Assembly (NCBI GenBank): GCA_963762145.1
Contig: CAVXJS010000009.1
Coordinates: 416,001 to 480,000, forward strand
Length of the DNA: 64,000 bases
Origin: an uncultured Candidatus Rokubacteria bacterium
GTDB taxonomy: Bacteria > Methylomirabilota > Methylomirabilia > Rokubacteriales > CSP1-6
Reading direction: 5' to 3'
Both the position numbers and the translations under genes were made by a program. Within the stretch, counting starts at the first letter, position 1. Every line of letters begins with the position of its first letter. Below are positions 9,332 through 19,656 of the stretch, piece after piece. The notes below the pieces were generated by a model that had not been told where the DNA came from, made no database searches, and was given only the letters and a program-made list of their open reading frames with translations.

Positions 9332-12145
9332 TCACGGTTCGTCGCGTCTCGCCCCGAGGCTTTCGAGGGCCCGTCGCTCCAGCGCCCCCGCGCCCTGATC
9401 CCGCGCGATGGCCAGCGCGGCGTCGAGGCACCCGATGGCGACGCCCCGGTCGTGCCGCGTGGCGAGCAGCAGTACACCCCTCAGCCGATGCAGCTCGGCG
9501 GCGTAGAAGCACTCCCCGCTCGCGTCGACCGCGGCCAGGGCTTCCGTGACGACCTCGAGCGCGGCCTCCGGCCGCCCGGCGGCACCGAGCGCCTCGGCCA
9601 GCAGGCCGAGGAAGTACGTCTTGAACTCCTCCGAGCCCAGGGCGCGGATGGCCGCGAGCCCGTCGCGCATCATGGCGAGCCCGGCGTCGACCTCGCCCGA
9701 CGCGGCGAGGGCCCATCCCCCCGTCATGTCCGCCCAGGCCTGCAGCTGGACGAAGCCCCGCTCGCGAGCGAGCTCGGCGGCCGCCGCGGCCCGGTCGCGG
9801 GTCGTCCGCCAGTCGCCGCCGAGCTGATGCACGCGGGCTCCGTAGAGCAGGGCGTGGGCCTCGCTGAAGGGGTGGTCGAGCCGGAGCGCCAGCGCCAGCG
9901 CCTCCTCGCTCTGCCGGGCGGCCGCCGCGGGATGGCCGGAGAGCGCGAGGGCCCAGGCGCCGTGGCCGAGCGCGCAGACCGCCGGGTCGTGATGGCCGTA
10001 GACGGCGGCCAGCGACGCGTGGCGCTCGGGATCGTAGAGGCGGACCGCGCGGGCCGCGTGATCTCGGGCCTCCCCCAGCTCGCCGCGAGCGAAGCCCGTC
10101 GCCCACAACGCGTGATGAGCCTGGATCGAGAACCCCGGGTCGTCGAGTCGCCGCGCCAGCGCGAGGAGGCGCCCGCCGAGGTCGCGCGCCACGTCGATCT
10201 CGCCGCGGCTGCGTCGGAAGAGGAAGAGGCCCCAGAGGACCGGGAACAACCGGGCCGGATCGTCGATCCGCCGGCCGAGCTCCTGCGCCCGCAGGTAGAC
10301 CTGCTCGACCTCGGGCGCGCCCCGCCCCTTCAGGGCCATGAGGGGCCCTCCCAGCCCGATCTGGAGCGCGATCTCCTCCTCGGCCCGCCGCGGAGTGTCC
10401 GGCTCGGTCCGGAGCAGGTCGAGCGCGCGCGTCAGGTACCCCACCGCCTCGCGCGTGGCACTCCGCTGCGTGGCGATCTCGCCGGCGAGGCGCAGATACC
10501 GGACCGCACCCGGCACGTCGCGTCCGCGCTCGAAGTGCGCGGCCAGCTCCGTCGCGATCTCGGGGCCCCGTGGGCCGAGGCCGATCTCGAGCCGCCGGCC
10601 GATCCGGCGGTGCAGCTCCACGCGGCGTCCGGTCGGGGTGCGCTCGTAGACGACCTCCTGATGGAGGGCGTGACGGAACCCGTAGCGCCCGGCCACCGTC
10701 CCGTCCGGCCACGTCTCGGCGCCGTGCGACGTCAGGAAGGAGCCGGGCCGAGCCAGCTCGGCGCAGCCGCGCTCGACGTCATCGAGGCCGAGCTCCTCCG
10801 CGGCCGCGACGGTGGCGGCGGAGAACTCGACGCCGGCCGCGCCCGCCGCCTCGAGGAGCCGGCGCTGCGGAGCGGGCAGGCGGTCGAGCTCGTGACCGAT
10901 CAGCCGCCGCACGTCGTCGGGAATGGCGATGTGGACGGCCTCGGGGCCGCCCGTGAAGGCCCAGCCGCCGGCGCGCTCGACCAGGACCGCGCGCCGCTCG
11001 AGGTCGTCCGCGACGCTGGTGACGAACAGCGGGTTACCGCCGGTGCGCTGATGGATCAGCGCGGCCAGCCCGCCAGGCGGGCCGGCGCCGGGAAAACGGC
11101 GCTCCAGGTACGCGCCCACCGCCGTCTCGTCCAGGCGGGCCAGCGCCACCTCGCGGCACTGCCCGCGCACCTTCAGCTCGTCCTTGGTCGCCTCGATCGG
11201 ATGCCCCCGGGCCAGAGCTTCTCCCGGTCGGTACGAGGCAAGCACCAGCACCCGTGCCGGCCCGGGGCGCCGCGCCAGGTACGCGAGCCAGTCCACCGTC
11301 GAGGGACCGGCCCAGTGCAGATCCTCGAGCCACAGGATCAGGGGCGCGTCGGCCCCCAGCATCTCCACGGCCTCGGCCAGCTCGCGCAGCATCCGATCGC
11401 GCGTGACGCCGGCCACGTGCCGCTCGAGCGCTCGGTGCTCCGCGACGCCCAGCACCGAGGGCATCTGGGCGAGCCACGTCGGGGCGTGCTGGCGGAGCAG
11501 GCGGACGACGGCCTGCCCGCCCGGCTCGCGGCAGAGGCGGGTCATGGCTTCCAGGAGGGGCAGGTACGCCTCGCCCGCCCCGTGGGTCTCGACGCATCGA
11601 CCCTGCCCGACGCGAAGCCCGTCGCCGTGGGCGGCCTCCGTCAGGAACGCCGCGACGGCCGTCGTCTTGCCGATCCCGGGCTCGCCGGTGACGAAGACGA
11701 TCTGCCGGCTCCCGCCCCTGGACCGGGCCAGGCACGCGCGCAGCTCGGCCAGCTCGCAGTCACGACCCACGACCAGCGCAGGCGGCGTCGGCGCCGCGAA
11801 CGAGTCACCTCCCGGCCTCTCGAGGGCCGACCCCGTGCGAGCGACGAAACGGTAGCCGCGGCGGTGGCGCGTCTCGATGAAGCGGGGGCGCCGGGCGTCG
11901 TCCTCGAGCGCGCGGCGGAGCTCCTGGATGCACGCGGTGAGCGCCCCGTCACCGACGACGGTATCCTGCCAGACCGACCGGAACAGCTCGTCGCGCGTCA
12001 CCGGCTCACCGGCGTGCTCGATCAGCGCGGCCAGCACCGCCGCCGATCGCGGCGTGAGCTTGACCTCGCGCCGGCCGGCCCACAGCCGCCCGGAGCGAGG
12101 GTCGAAGCGGTGACGACCGAAGCTAACCTCCTGTCCGATCAGCAT
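9332..12145 (-). CDS. OmpR-type wHTH + STAND AAA ATPase + TPR regulator
   Basis: ELRRALEDD..FIETRHRRGYRF; Walker A GEPGIGKT; LEDLHW; GGNPLF; helical repeats. Confidence 0.92.
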   Translation of the reverse strand: MLIGQEVSFGRHRFDPRSGRLWAGRREVKLTPRSAAVLAALIEHAGEPVTRDELFRSVWQDTVVGDGALTACIQELRRALEDDARRPRFIETRHRRGYRFVARTGSALERPGGDSFAAPTPPALVVGRDCELAELRACLARSRGGSRQIVFVTGEPGIGKTTAVAAFLTEAAHGDGLRVGQGRCVETHGAGEAYLPLLEAMTRLCREPGGQAVVRLLRQHAPTWLAQMPSVLGVAEHRALERHVAGVTRDRMLRELAEAVEMLGADAPLILWLEDLHWAGPSTVDWLAYLARRPGPARVLVLASYRPGEALARGHPIEATKDELKVRGQCREVALARLDETAVGAYLERRFPGAGPPGGLAALIHQRTGGNPLFVTSVADDLERRAVLVERAGGWAFTGGPEAVHIAIPDDVRRLIGHELDRLPAPQRRLLEAAGAAGVEFSAATVAAAEELGLDDVERGCAELARPGSFLTSHGAETWPDGTVAGRYGFRHALHQEVVYERTPTGRRVELHRRIGRRLEIGLGPRGPEIATELAAHFERGRDVPGAVRYLRLAGEIATQRSATREAVGYLTRALDLLRTEPDTPRRAEEEIALQIGLGGPLMALKGRGAPEVEQVYLRAQELGRRIDDPARLFPVLWGLFLFRRSRGEIDVARDLGGRLLALARRLDDPGFSIQAHHALWATGFARGELGEARDHAARAVRLYDPERHASLAAVYGHHDPAVCALGHGAWALALSGHPAAAARQSEEALALALRLDHPFSEAHALLYGARVHQLGGDWRTTRDRAAAAAELARERGFVQLQAWADMTGGWALAASGEVDAGLAMMRDGLAAIRALGSEEFKTYFLGLLAEALGAAGRPEAALEVVTEALAAVDASGECFYAAELHRLRGVLLLATRHDRGVAIGCLDAALAIARDQGAGALERRALESLGARRDEP

Positions 12146-12173
12146 TGCCGGTCCTCTCCCCTTCCCCGCGCGG

Positions 12174-12228
12174 TCTCAGAACTATCTCACCGGTCTCTCA
12201 GGACTTCTGCGCTCCGGTCCCCTACTCT
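12174..12228 (+). promoter_or_regulatory. Three TCTCA direct repeats at 11-bp period followed by -10 TACTCT
   Basis: TCTCA at 12174, 12185 and 12196; TACTCT at 12223; lies between divergent wHTH-STAND and cupin genes. Confidence 0.55.
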
Positions 12229-12291
12229 CCGATACGTCCGGTGTGATGGCAACAGGACGCGCGCGGCCCCCGCACAAGGAGGAACGTGCCA

Positions 12292-12912
12292 ATGAAATGG
12301 TTCACCGTGCCGATCGCAGCTCTTGCCCTGGTATCGCTGTCGATGGCGTCGGCGGTTGCGCAGCAGGGCCAGGTGGGAGTGGCCGGCTCCGGCAGCCTCG
12401 TCGTCAAACCGCTGGTCGAGAAGAAGGTCACGGAGCTGCCGACGGGACCCCTCGTCTGGCGCGTGGAGAGCTTCCCGAGCCTCGCTCAGGCGCAGGCTGC
12501 CGCCGGGCCGACAAGCCTCGCAGCCGAGGCCGGGGGCAAGGCGTGGCTCTTCACGCTCGGTCCGGCCGGGGGATCGTCGAGCGGTGCCACGAAGATGGCG
12601 GAGATCGGCCCGCTTCCCTCGGTGACGGCCCCGGCCTATCTGCTGCGGATTAACGAGGCCAGTGGGCCTCCGGGCAGTGTCACGCCCATTCATAGCCACC
12701 CGGGCTCCGAGGCGGTCTACGTGCTCGCGGGGGAGCAAAGCTTCCGAACGCCCCACGGCGTCAAGCGTGTCGGGGCCGGCCAAGCCGAGGCGGGCCACGG
12801 CCCCGACACTCCGATGCAGGTCTCGAGCAGCGGCGCAACGAACCTGCATTCGTTCGTCATGTTCGTGGTCGACGCCACCAAGCCGTTCTCGAGCCCGGCC
12901 AAGCTCCCCTGA
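12292..12912 (+). CDS. Exported cupin-domain protein
   Basis: AAGGAGG RBS; signal peptide; HSHPGSEAVYVLAGE cupin motif. Confidence 0.85.
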   Translation: MKWFTVPIAALALVSLSMASAVAQQGQVGVAGSGSLVVKPLVEKKVTELPTGPLVWRVESFPSLAQAQAAAGPTSLAAEAGGKAWLFTLGPAGGSSSGATKMAEIGPLPSVTAPAYLLRINEASGPPGSVTPIHSHPGSEAVYVLAGEQSFRTPHGVKRVGAGQAEAGHGPDTPMQVSSSGATNLHSFVMFVVDATKPFSSPAKLP

Positions 12913-12997
12913 TCGAGGTGCCCGGCTCCCGGCCCCGTGCTGGGCCTCGCCTGCTACCACGGGTTCAGGACTCGGAGCGGGTAGGTGGGGACGAAGC

Positions 12998-13024
12998 GAA
13001 GGGGCGGCAAGGCGCCGCCCCTTC
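12998..13024. terminator. Hairpin downstream of tRNA-Asp and of the cupin gene
   Basis: GAAGGGGCGGC-AAGGC-GCCGCCCCTTC. Confidence 0.65.
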
Positions 13025-13040
13025 CAACCCCTCAGTTGAT

Positions 13041-13118
13041 TGGCGGGCTCGACGGGACTTGAACCCGCGACCTCTGGATTGACAGTCCAGTGTGCTAACC
13101 AGGCTGCACCACGAGCCC
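13041..13118 (-). tRNA. tRNA-Asp(GTC)
   Basis: Cloverleaf GGGCTCG/CGAGCCC acceptor, CTGGA-CTGTCAA-TCCAG anticodon arm, GGTTCAAGT T-loop, G discriminator, CCA. Confidence 0.97.
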
Positions 13119-13161
13119 GCAACGAGAACGCATCTTTATACCACGCGGCCTCCCGGCCTGT

Positions 13162-13758
13162 CTATCCGCCCACCGCCGACGGCCGCGGGGCACACTCGAG
13201 GCCGGCCGTCCAGACGAGCTGCCGGGGATAGCGGCGCAGCAGGTCGGCGATCTCGTCGCACGGGGGCCGGTGGCCGAGCAGATCCTCACCGGGAGACCGG
13301 AGCAGCCGGCGGTGGACGTTGAGCAGGTAGCTATAGACCATGCGCAGGGCCTGATCCTCCGGCACCTGACGCACCCAGACCAGGATCTCCACTGCCGTGG
13401 CGTTGGCGTCGAGCTCCCGCTGCTCGCGCTCGCGCCGGCGGGCGTCGTTGGTGGCGCCGGCCAGAGGCGCGTCGTGGCCCAGGACGTAGTGGGCCAGCTC
13501 GTGGGCGACGATGGCGTCGCGGAACTCCGAGCTCAGCACCAGGCGGTTCACCGCGAAGAAGCCGCGTCGGTAGGACCCGACCGGGCTGTCCGGGTCATGG
13601 CTCACCAGCACGTGGATGGGCTGCAGCCCGTAGCGACGGGCGGTCTCGTCCGCGAAGGCGCGCACCTCGTCGAGGCTCCGGTCCTGCCCCGGGGTCATCG
13701 TCGAGCAGGCGGCCAGCGCGACCGTCCCGACGAGCCCCGCCAGCCGTGACGCCCTCAT
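13162..13758 (-). CDS. M48-like zinc metalloprotease lipoprotein
   Basis: Lipobox LAAC; AHELAH; ELDAN. Confidence 0.85.
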   Translation of the reverse strand: MRASRLAGLVGTVALAACSTMTPGQDRSLDEVRAFADETARRYGLQPIHVLVSHDPDSPVGSYRRGFFAVNRLVLSSEFRDAIVAHELAHYVLGHDAPLAGATNDARRREREQRELDANATAVEILVWVRQVPEDQALRMVYSYLLNVHRRLLRSPGEDLLGHRPPCDEIADLLRRYPRQLVWTAGLECAPRPSAVGG

Positions 13759-13797
13759 GGCGGAAGTCTAGCAAACAGGGCAGAATGTGGCTCGCCA

Positions 13798-15558
13798 TGA
13801 CGACGCCCACGACGACCCCGACGATTCCATCAACCCTCCGCAGCCGCAACTGGTTCGCCCCGAAGAACCTCGACGGCTTCATGCACCGCGCGTATCTCAA
13901 GGCCGAGGGCTTCAGCGACGCGGTCTTCGACGGCCGCCCGGTGATCGGGATCTGCAACTCCTGGTCGGAGCTGAACAACTGCAACGCCCACCTGCGGCAG
14001 GTGGCGGAGGCGGTCAAGCGCGGGGTATGGAGCGCGGGCGGCTTCCCGCTCGAGTTCCCGGTGATCTCGCTCGGCGAGATCCTGATGAAGCCGACCACGA
14101 TGCTCTTCCGCAACCTCATGGCGATGGACGTCGAGGAGTGCATCCGCGCCTATCCCCTGGACTCGGTCGTGCTGCTCGCCGCGTGCGACAAGACCACGCC
14201 CGCGATGCTGATGGGCGCGGCCTCCGCGGACGTGCCCGCGATCATGGTCACGGGCGGGCCGATGCTGCGGGGCATGTGGTGCAACCAGGAGCTCGGCTCG
14301 GGCACGGACGCGCGCAAGATGTGGGCGCAGCGCCGGGCCGGCGAGATCACCGACGAGGTGATGGCCGAGGTCGAGGCGTGCCTCTCGCGCTCGAGCGGCC
14401 ACTGCATGGTGATGGGCACCGCCTCCACGATGGCCGCGATGGCCGAGACGCTCGGCCTGGCGCTGCCGGGCAACGCGGCCATCCCCGCGGCGGACTCGCG
14501 ACGCCTGGCGCTGGCCGAGATGTCCGGCCGCCGCGCGGTGGAGATGGCGCTGGCGCGCGGGCCCAAGCCGTCGGAGATCCTCACCGCGGCGGCCTTCGAC
14601 AACGCGATCCGCGCGGACATGGCGCTGGGCGGCTCCACGAACGCGATCGTGCACCTGGTGGCGCTCGCCGGCCGCGCGGGCGTGCCGCTGCCGCTGCGCC
14701 GCTTCGACGAGCTCTCGCGCACCACGCCGCTGCTGGCCAACGTGCGGCCCTCGGGCAAGCACCTGATGGAGGACTTCTACTACGCGGGCGGCGTGCCCGC
14801 GGTGCTGCGCGAGCTGCTGCCGATGCTGGACGGCAGCGCCCTCGCGGTGAACGGCAAGACCCTGCGGGAGAACGTGGCGGACGCGCCCTGCCACGACCCG
14901 GACATCATCCGGCCGCTCTCGCTGCCGCTCCAGCCCGAGGGCGGCACCGTGATCCTCACCGGCAATCTCTGCCCCGGCGGCGCCGTCCTCAAGCAGTCGG
15001 CCGCCTCCCCGCACCTGATGGTCCATCGAGGCCGCGCGGTGGTCTTCGAGGATCATCTCGATCTCGAGCGGCGCATCGACGACCCCTCGCTGCCCATCGA
15101 CGAGAATTCGGTGCTGGTGCTCAAGCACGCCGGCCCGAAGGGCGGCCCCGGCATGCCCGAGTGGGGCGCCGCGCCGGTGCCGGCGCGCCTGCTGAAGGCG
15201 GGCGTGAAGGACATGGTGCGCATCTCGGACGCGCGCATGAGCGGCACCTCCTACGGCACCGTGGTGCTCCACGTCACGCCGGAGTCCGCGGTGGGCGGCC
15301 CGCTCGCGCTCGTGAAGCAGGGCGACGAGATCGAGCTGAACGTGCCGGAGCGCCGGCTGACGCTCCGAGTGATCCGACGAGGAGATCGCGCGCCGGCGCG
15401 CGGCGTGGACGCCGCGGCCGGACGGCGTCACCAGCGGCTATCTCCGCATGTTCCTCGACCACGTGCTGCAGGCCGACGAGGGCGTGGACTTCGACTTCCT
15501 GCGCGGCCGGCGGCCGGTGGTGGACGAGGACACCGCGCACGGCTCGAGGCTCGCCTGA
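13798..15558 (+). CDS. IlvD/Edd family dehydratase (sugar-acid dehydratase-like), one frameshift near 15370
   Basis: NCNAH, ACDKT, HCMVMGTAST, GGSTN, DARMSGT; C-terminus VLQADEGVDFDFL in the shifted frame. Confidence 0.9.
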
Positions 15559-15559
15559 G

Positions 15560-16806
15560 ATGGCGGCCGGATCGCCAACCGCCGCCTCCACCGCCGACGC
15601 GGTCGTCATCGGCTCGGGCGCCTTCGGCGCCTCCACCGCCTATCACCTGGCGAAGCGCGGCTTCAAGGTCGCGCTGGTGGACCAGCACGCGCTGGGCTCG
15701 CAGACCTCGCCGCGCGCGGCCGGGCTCACGAGCAAGGCCGACACGATGCCCACTATGGCGCGGCCTGCGTCACGAGGCCTGCGAGGCCTTCGAGCGCTTC
15801 GAGACCGAGATGGGGCGCACGGTGGACTTCCACCGCTCGGGCAGCCTGCGCGCGGCGTACACCGACGCGGCGGTGGAGCGGGTGCGCATCGCGCGGCTCG
15901 AGACCGCGACGAAGCTCGGCATCGAGGCGCGAGCTCGTCGACGCCGCGGAGGCCGAGCGGCTCGCGCCCCACTTCAAGCCGGGCGCGGCGCGCGCGATCC
16001 TGCACGTGCCGAGCGACGGCTGGGTGGATCCCGGCCAAGGTCGCGATCGGCTTCGTCACCCGCGCCGGCGAGCTGGGCGCGCGGCTGCTCCCCTTCACGC
16101 CCGCGCTGCGAGCTCCTGCAGAGCGAGGGCGGCCGCGCCACCGGCGTCGTGACCCCGCGCGGGCGAGATCAGCGCGCCGGTGGTGGTGGACGCGGCCGGC
16201 GCGCTGGACCGCGCGCGTGGCCGCGGGCGCGGGCATCGCGCTGCCGCTGGTTCCCGTGCGCCATCAGCTCTTCATCACCGAGCCGATCGCCGGGCGTGGA
16301 GCCGCTGCAGCCCATCGTGCGGCTGGTCGAGGCGAGCGTGTACGTGCGCTACGAGCAGGGCGGGCTGCTCTTCGGCGGCTACGAGGACGCGCCCGCGCGT
16401 GCTCGGGCGCGAGGGCCTGCCGCCGGGCTTCCAGATCGCCGCGCTCGAGCTGGACCTGGGCGTCCTGCGCGCGCTGGTGACGAGGTGGCGGACGCACTTC
16501 CCGGCCCTGCGCGACGCGAAGATCGCGGTGCACCGGGGCGGCGCGCCCACCATGACGCCCGACGGCCGGCCCATCGTGGGCCGCGTGCCCGGCCTCGACG
16601 GCCTCTACGTGGCCTCGGGCTGCTGCGTGGGCGGGCTCAGCCTCTCCCCCGCCGCGGGCCGCGCGCTCGCCGACCTGATCGTGGACGGCAAGAGCGATCC
16701 GGATCTGGCCCCGATCTCGGTCGAGCGCTTCGCCGACGCCTCCCGCGACCCGGCCGCCCTCGAGGCGGCCTGCGTGGCGCAGTACGCGCGCCGCTACACC
16801 CACTGA
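15560..16806 (+). CDS. FAD-dependent oxidoreductase (DAO/sarcosine oxidase beta-like), several frameshifts
   Basis: VVIGSGAFGASTAYHL; TMTPDGRPIVG; GLSLSPAAG spread over three frames. Confidence 0.82.
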
Positions 16807-16825
16807 CCTGCAAGGAGAACGATCC

Positions 16826-17174
16826 ATGGCCACGAGTCGACTGGAGCTATCACCGCAACGGCTGAATGACCTGTGCCAAGACGCAAGGGTTCCTTGCCAA
16901 GCACAAGGTGGCGGTGACCGAGCAGGCCGACGCGAAGAAGGCCACCATCAAGGGCGCGGCCGCGCTCGGCGTGCTCGACGGCGTGGACGAGCTGTACGTG
17001 GCGAAGGGCAAGAAGATCGAGCACGTCGATCTGCAGGCGGCGAAGCCGGACCGCGCCACGCTGCTGGCGCTCCTGCTGGGCCCGACCGGCAACCTGCGCG
17101 CGCCCACGCTGCGAAAGGGCCGCACCCTCATCGTCGGCTTCGAGGAAGCGACCTACAAGAAGGTGCTCACCTAG
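16826..17174 (+). CDS. ArsC/Spx-like selenoprotein (Sec at TGA 16863-16865)
   Basis: AAGGAG RBS before ATG 16826 (one extra base nearby); WSYHRNG-TGA-MTC; GPTGNLRAPT..LIVGF. Confidence 0.82.
16869..16909 (+). promoter_or_regulatory. Putative bacterial SECIS element
   Basis: Upper stem GCAAGG-GTT-CCTTGC with loop 23 nt after UGA; lower stem TGTGC/GCACA. Confidence 0.7.
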
Positions 17175-17180
17175 CTAGGT

Positions 17181-17243
17181 GGGGTCAGGTCTTGAATTAC
17201 GACATTTGCCGCGGCGCGATGTCGTATTTCAAGACCTGACCCC
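17181..17243. repeat. REP-like palindromic element, copy 1
   Basis: GGGGTCAGGTCTTGAA...TTCAAGACCTGACCCC with inner TACGACAT/ATGTCGTA stem. Confidence 0.85.
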
Positions 17244-17247
17244 GTCG

Positions 17248-17550
17248 CTACTTGGCCGCGGCGCTCCGGGGGTCGAGGTTCTCTGCCAGGCACTGGCCCC
17301 GCATCGTCCGGTCGGCATCGGCGGCCTCGAACGAGGCCCCAGCAGAACTCGCGACCACCCGCAAACCCATCTTCTCGAGGGCCTGGCCCTGCTGGCGCAT
17401 GGCGGTGGCGCACTCCTCGCGTGTCGGGAAGGTGCTCACGGAATCCCAGGGCGAATCCCCGCCCATCATCCACAGCACCCAGCCGCCGTCGGCTGAGGCT
17501 GAAGTGGTCAGGCTGAGCAGCACAAGCGTTATGAGAGTCAGGCGGCGCAT
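17248..17550 (-). CDS. Small exported hypothetical protein
   Basis: GAGGAGG RBS; signal peptide ending ASA; WVLW motif; two Cys. Confidence 0.7.
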   Translation of the reverse strand: MRRLTLITLVLLSLTTSASADGGWVLWMMGGDSPWDSVSTFPTREECATAMRQQGQALEKMGLRVVASSAGASFEAADADRTMRGQCLAENLDPRSAAAK

Positions 17551-17671
17551 GGAAGAGGTCCTCCTCATCCAATCCTAGCCGGGGGTGGAATTTTGGCCGA
17601 TCCCGACGCGCGGTTGCTGCTAACCACCAGGAAAGTCTGAATTGCCACCGCCCACCGGGGAGGGTGAGGGT

Positions 17672-19149
17672 CTACGGCAGCAGCACCAGAGGCCCGGTGG
17701 TGCGGCGTCCCTCCAGGTCGCGGTGGGCCTCGGCGGCGGCGGCGAGCGGATAGCGGTGGCGGATGTCCAGGCGGATCACGCCAGTCGCGGAACGCATCGA
17801 AGGTCTGCCGCGCGATCTCGTCGAGCGCGGCACGCTCGGCCGTGTAGTGGAAGAGCACGGGCCGCGTCACCGTGGCCGACTTGGCCGACAGTGTCTCGGG
17901 GCCGATCGGCGGGAGCGGGCCGCTCGCCTGGCCGTAGCTCACCCAGTGGCCGCAGAGCGCGAGGGCCTCCAGGTTCTCCTCCATCGCCGCGCGGCCGAGC
18001 CCGTCGTAGATCACGTCGGCGCCGCGGCCGCCGGTAGCTCCCTTGACCGCGGCCGCGAAGCGGTAGTCGCGGCCGACCAGCGGCAGCTCGCAGCCGTTCG
18101 CGCGCGCGAGCCGCGCCTTGTCCTCGCTCGAGACGGTGCCGATCACGCGCGCGCCGAGGGCCTTCGCCCACTGGCACAGGAAGCAGACCGACGCCGCCCG
18201 CGGCCGCGTGCACCAGCACCGTCTCGCCCGCGCGCACGCGATGCGTGCGGTGGAGCAGGTACGCGGCGGTCATGCCCTTCAGCATCAGCGCGGCGGCGCG
18301 TCTCGTCGTCCACGTCGTCCGGCAGCACCACGACCTGGTCGGCCGGCATCGTGCGCGCGCTCGCGTAGGCGCCGGGCGGCGCGCACGCGTAGGCGACGCG
18401 GTCGCCGGGCAGGAGGTGCGCGACGCCGTCACCCACGTCCACCACCACCCCCGCCGCCTCCATGCCGAGCGGCGCGGGAGGCTCGATCATGCGATAGAGG
18501 CCGGCGCGCACGTAGACGTCGATGTAGTTGACGCCGACCGCGGTCTGCCGGATGCGCACCTCGCCCGGGCCGGGCGGGCGCGCGGGCAGCGGCTGATAGC
18601 GCAGCACCTCGGGGCCGCCGAAGGCGGTGGCCACCACGCCCTGCCCCGGCATCGACGCCCCCGACGCGAGCGTGGGCGAGGCCGTCCGCGGGCGATCCGG
18701 CGCACGGGCGCGACGCGCCGCAGATAGGCGCGCAGGCCCTCGAAGCCGCCTTCGTAGACCCCGGTGCCGACCATGTCGGCCAGCTCGCGCTCGCGGCCCG
18801 GCGGCGCGTCGAAGGTGGACTGCCAGTGCCAGAAGGTGCGCTCCCCGTCGGTCACCCGCTTGAGCTGGAGCGTGGCCACGTACCGGCGGAGGGGCACGCT
18901 CGCGTCGAGGATGCAGTAGGTGGAGACGTGGTCCCGGTCGGAGAGTGCCAGGAGCTGCTCGCGGATGCGGTTGCCGTCGCGCAGCGTGAACCGGCGCACG
19001 CAGCCGATCTGGTCGGACGGCTCCCCGCCCTCGATCTCCGACTCCGCCACCACCGGGTGCCACGCAGTGTGGCTGTTGAAGTCGCGGAGCACCGCCCACA
19101 CGCGCTCGATCGGCGCGTCGATCACCGCCGACCGCGTGACCCGAATCAT
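17672..19149 (-). CDS. SRPBCC (polyketide cyclase/MxaD-like) + NADPH:quinone oxidoreductase fusion, frameshifted
   Basis: IDAPIERVWAVLRDFN; GVNYIDVY; HAAAGGVG; AHRDLEGRRTTGPLVLLP across frames. Confidence 0.8.
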
Positions 19150-19211
19150 GGGGTCAGGTCTTACATTCCGACATTGTCGCGTCGCGTTGTCACAATGTAA
19201 GACCTGACCCC
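19150..19211. repeat. REP-like palindromic element, copy 2
   Basis: GGGGTCAGGTCTTACATT...AATGTAAGACCTGACCCC. Confidence 0.85.
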
Positions 19212-19214
19212 GGG

Positions 19215-19653
19215 CTAGCGGCGGAACATGGTCTTGAGGGAGTCGAAGGCGGTCTGGAAGACGCCCTGGCCGATCTGCTGGGCCAGCTCGCCCTCGCGCT
19301 CGGGCGCGCAGTCGAACTCGGCCGACCACTCCGCGAAGGTGCGGGCCGCCGTCCGTCACGGGCGTCAGCTTGAGGGTGGCGACGTAGTTCTCCACCCCCA
19401 TCGGGGACTCCAGGATCGAGTACGTGCACTGGAAGTCGTAGTCGGACAGGGTCAGGAGCTGCTCGCGGATGACGCCCCCGTCCCGGAGCCGGAAGTTCCG
19501 GACGCAGCCCACGGTGTCGGGGGCCATCCCGCCCTCGATCCGCGAATCGGCCACGAACGGGGTCCACTTGGGCAGACCGTTGAAGTCGCGGATCTGCGCC
19601 CACACCGCGTCCGCGGGCGCCTCGATCACGCTCGAGACGTAGACCTTGATCAT
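19215..19653 (-). CDS. SRPBCC family protein, one frameshift near 19340
   Basis: IEAPADAVWAQIRDFN..GCVRNFRL..IREQLL; paralogous to the next gene's N-terminus. Confidence 0.85.
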
Positions 19654-19656
19654 GCG

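Noticed and set aside
1-13041. Island integrated at tRNA-Asp
   Set aside because: No duplicated tRNA 3' end or integrase seen; a terminator hairpin follows the tRNA
13040-13231. Small ORFs over tRNAs (also 60012-60404)
   Set aside because: They are translations of tRNA sequence
13746-16865. 1039-aa dehydratase-oxidase fusion ORF
   Set aside because: Produced by frameshifts; separate stop at 15556-15558 and ATG at 15560 are visible
15360-19350. Cluster of pseudogenes or programmed frameshifts
   Set aside because: Many single-base indels with no nonsense codons, slippery sites or motif decay; sequencing error is more likely (same at 35.4-37.9 kb and near 57965)
18487-19653. Double-SRPBCC protein reading through the palindrome
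   Set aside because: Artefact of an indel near 19340; the corrected frame stops at 19215
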